This document shows, piece after piece, positions 63,701 to 64,000 of a DNA stretch of 64,000 nt; position 1 is the stretch's first letter, and each line of letters begins with the position of its first letter. The DNA lies in NCBI GenBank assembly GCA_904063045.1, contig CAJFCJ010000005.1:3811689-3875688 (forward strand). The letters run 5' to 3'. The notes beneath the pieces are model-generated. The model saw only the letters and a program-made list of their open reading frames with translations. It searched no databases and was not told the origin of the DNA. Position numbers and translations under genes: made by a program. Source of the DNA: Dimorphilus gyrociliatus (Eukaryota; Animalia; Annelida).

Positions 63701-64000
63701 AATTATCATCCTTTGAACCTTACTGTCAGATTAGCGGTTTAGAAACAATTCCTTTGAAAATTGATTACTGGTATAGGCCTTATCTCTTTTCTAATATTGA
63801 TTCCCTTCAAATTGGTTACAAATTTTTTTTGTTCAATTAAATAGTGCTACCGGCCAGGATGAATGCTTAATTATATGGGGAGATTCGCAAGGTTGCATAA
63901 ATATAATTGTAATAAGCGCAGCTGGTGAATGTTTGAGAACGTGGAAGAAGATGCCGAAAAGAGATGGAATAGCATCCGTTTCTATTGAAGCAGTCGCAAA
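59986..64000 (+). CDS. EF-hand plus WD40-repeat protein (WDR49/WDR64/EFCAB8/WDY-like), 3'-partial
   Basis: Exons 59986-60228, 60413-60461, 60590-60663, 63084-63518 (EF-hands ADEDGSGGLELDEF, IDWSSEGTISWDEF), 63592-63770, 63845 to window end; phases are consistent. The subfamily is not resolved. Confidence 0.8.
62145..62387 (+). CDS. Candidate alternative first exon of the EF-hand/WD40 gene (81 aa)
   Basis: ATG-initiated open frame ending at a strong phase-0 donor GAG|gtgaga that fits the phase-0 acceptor at 63084; no good upstream acceptor. Confidence 0.55.

Noticed and set aside
1-64000. Prokaryotic features (operons, CRISPR arrays, rRNA, defence systems)
   Set aside because: Spliceosomal introns and metazoan gene families show the window is eukaryotic; no repeat-spacer arrays or rRNA-like sequence were seen.

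Overview
AT-rich (roughly 30% GC by eye) eukaryotic, intron-containing DNA from a compact invertebrate genome. Most introns are 55-130 nt and the proteins look lophotrochozoan; the species cannot be proven from the sequence. I reconstructed exon structures by hand for 12 protein-coding loci. In order: a GluCl/GlyR-like anion-selective Cys-loop receptor (-); a GRD-like GABA receptor subunit (-); a small MGC-motif ORF (+); SETD6-like (-); a CLK/Doa LAMMER kinase (-); gamma-syntrophin (-); an astacin-EGF-CUB-(EGF)15-TSP1-like protease (+); an ankyrin/SOCS-box protein (+); a FAM167/AARD-like protein (-); a FUS/EWS/TAF15 (FET) protein (-); KLF5-like (+); and an EF-hand/WD40 protein running off the right end (+). 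I found no tRNA, rRNA, CRISPR array or intact transposon. Highlights, none visible in the ORF track: (1) duplicated, frame-incompatible (mutually exclusive) exons in the CLK kinase C-lobe insert; (2) a second such pair encoding the N-terminal helix of the GluCl-like receptor; (3) at least 22 TATA-C(A/T)G-TATA motifs in TA tracts that match Tc1/mariner excision footprints; (4) a FUS-exon-7-like frameshifting exon flanked by the gene's only long introns; (5) a perfect RFX X-box upstream of a candidate CLK first exon. Coordinates come from manual reading and all splice models are predictions.
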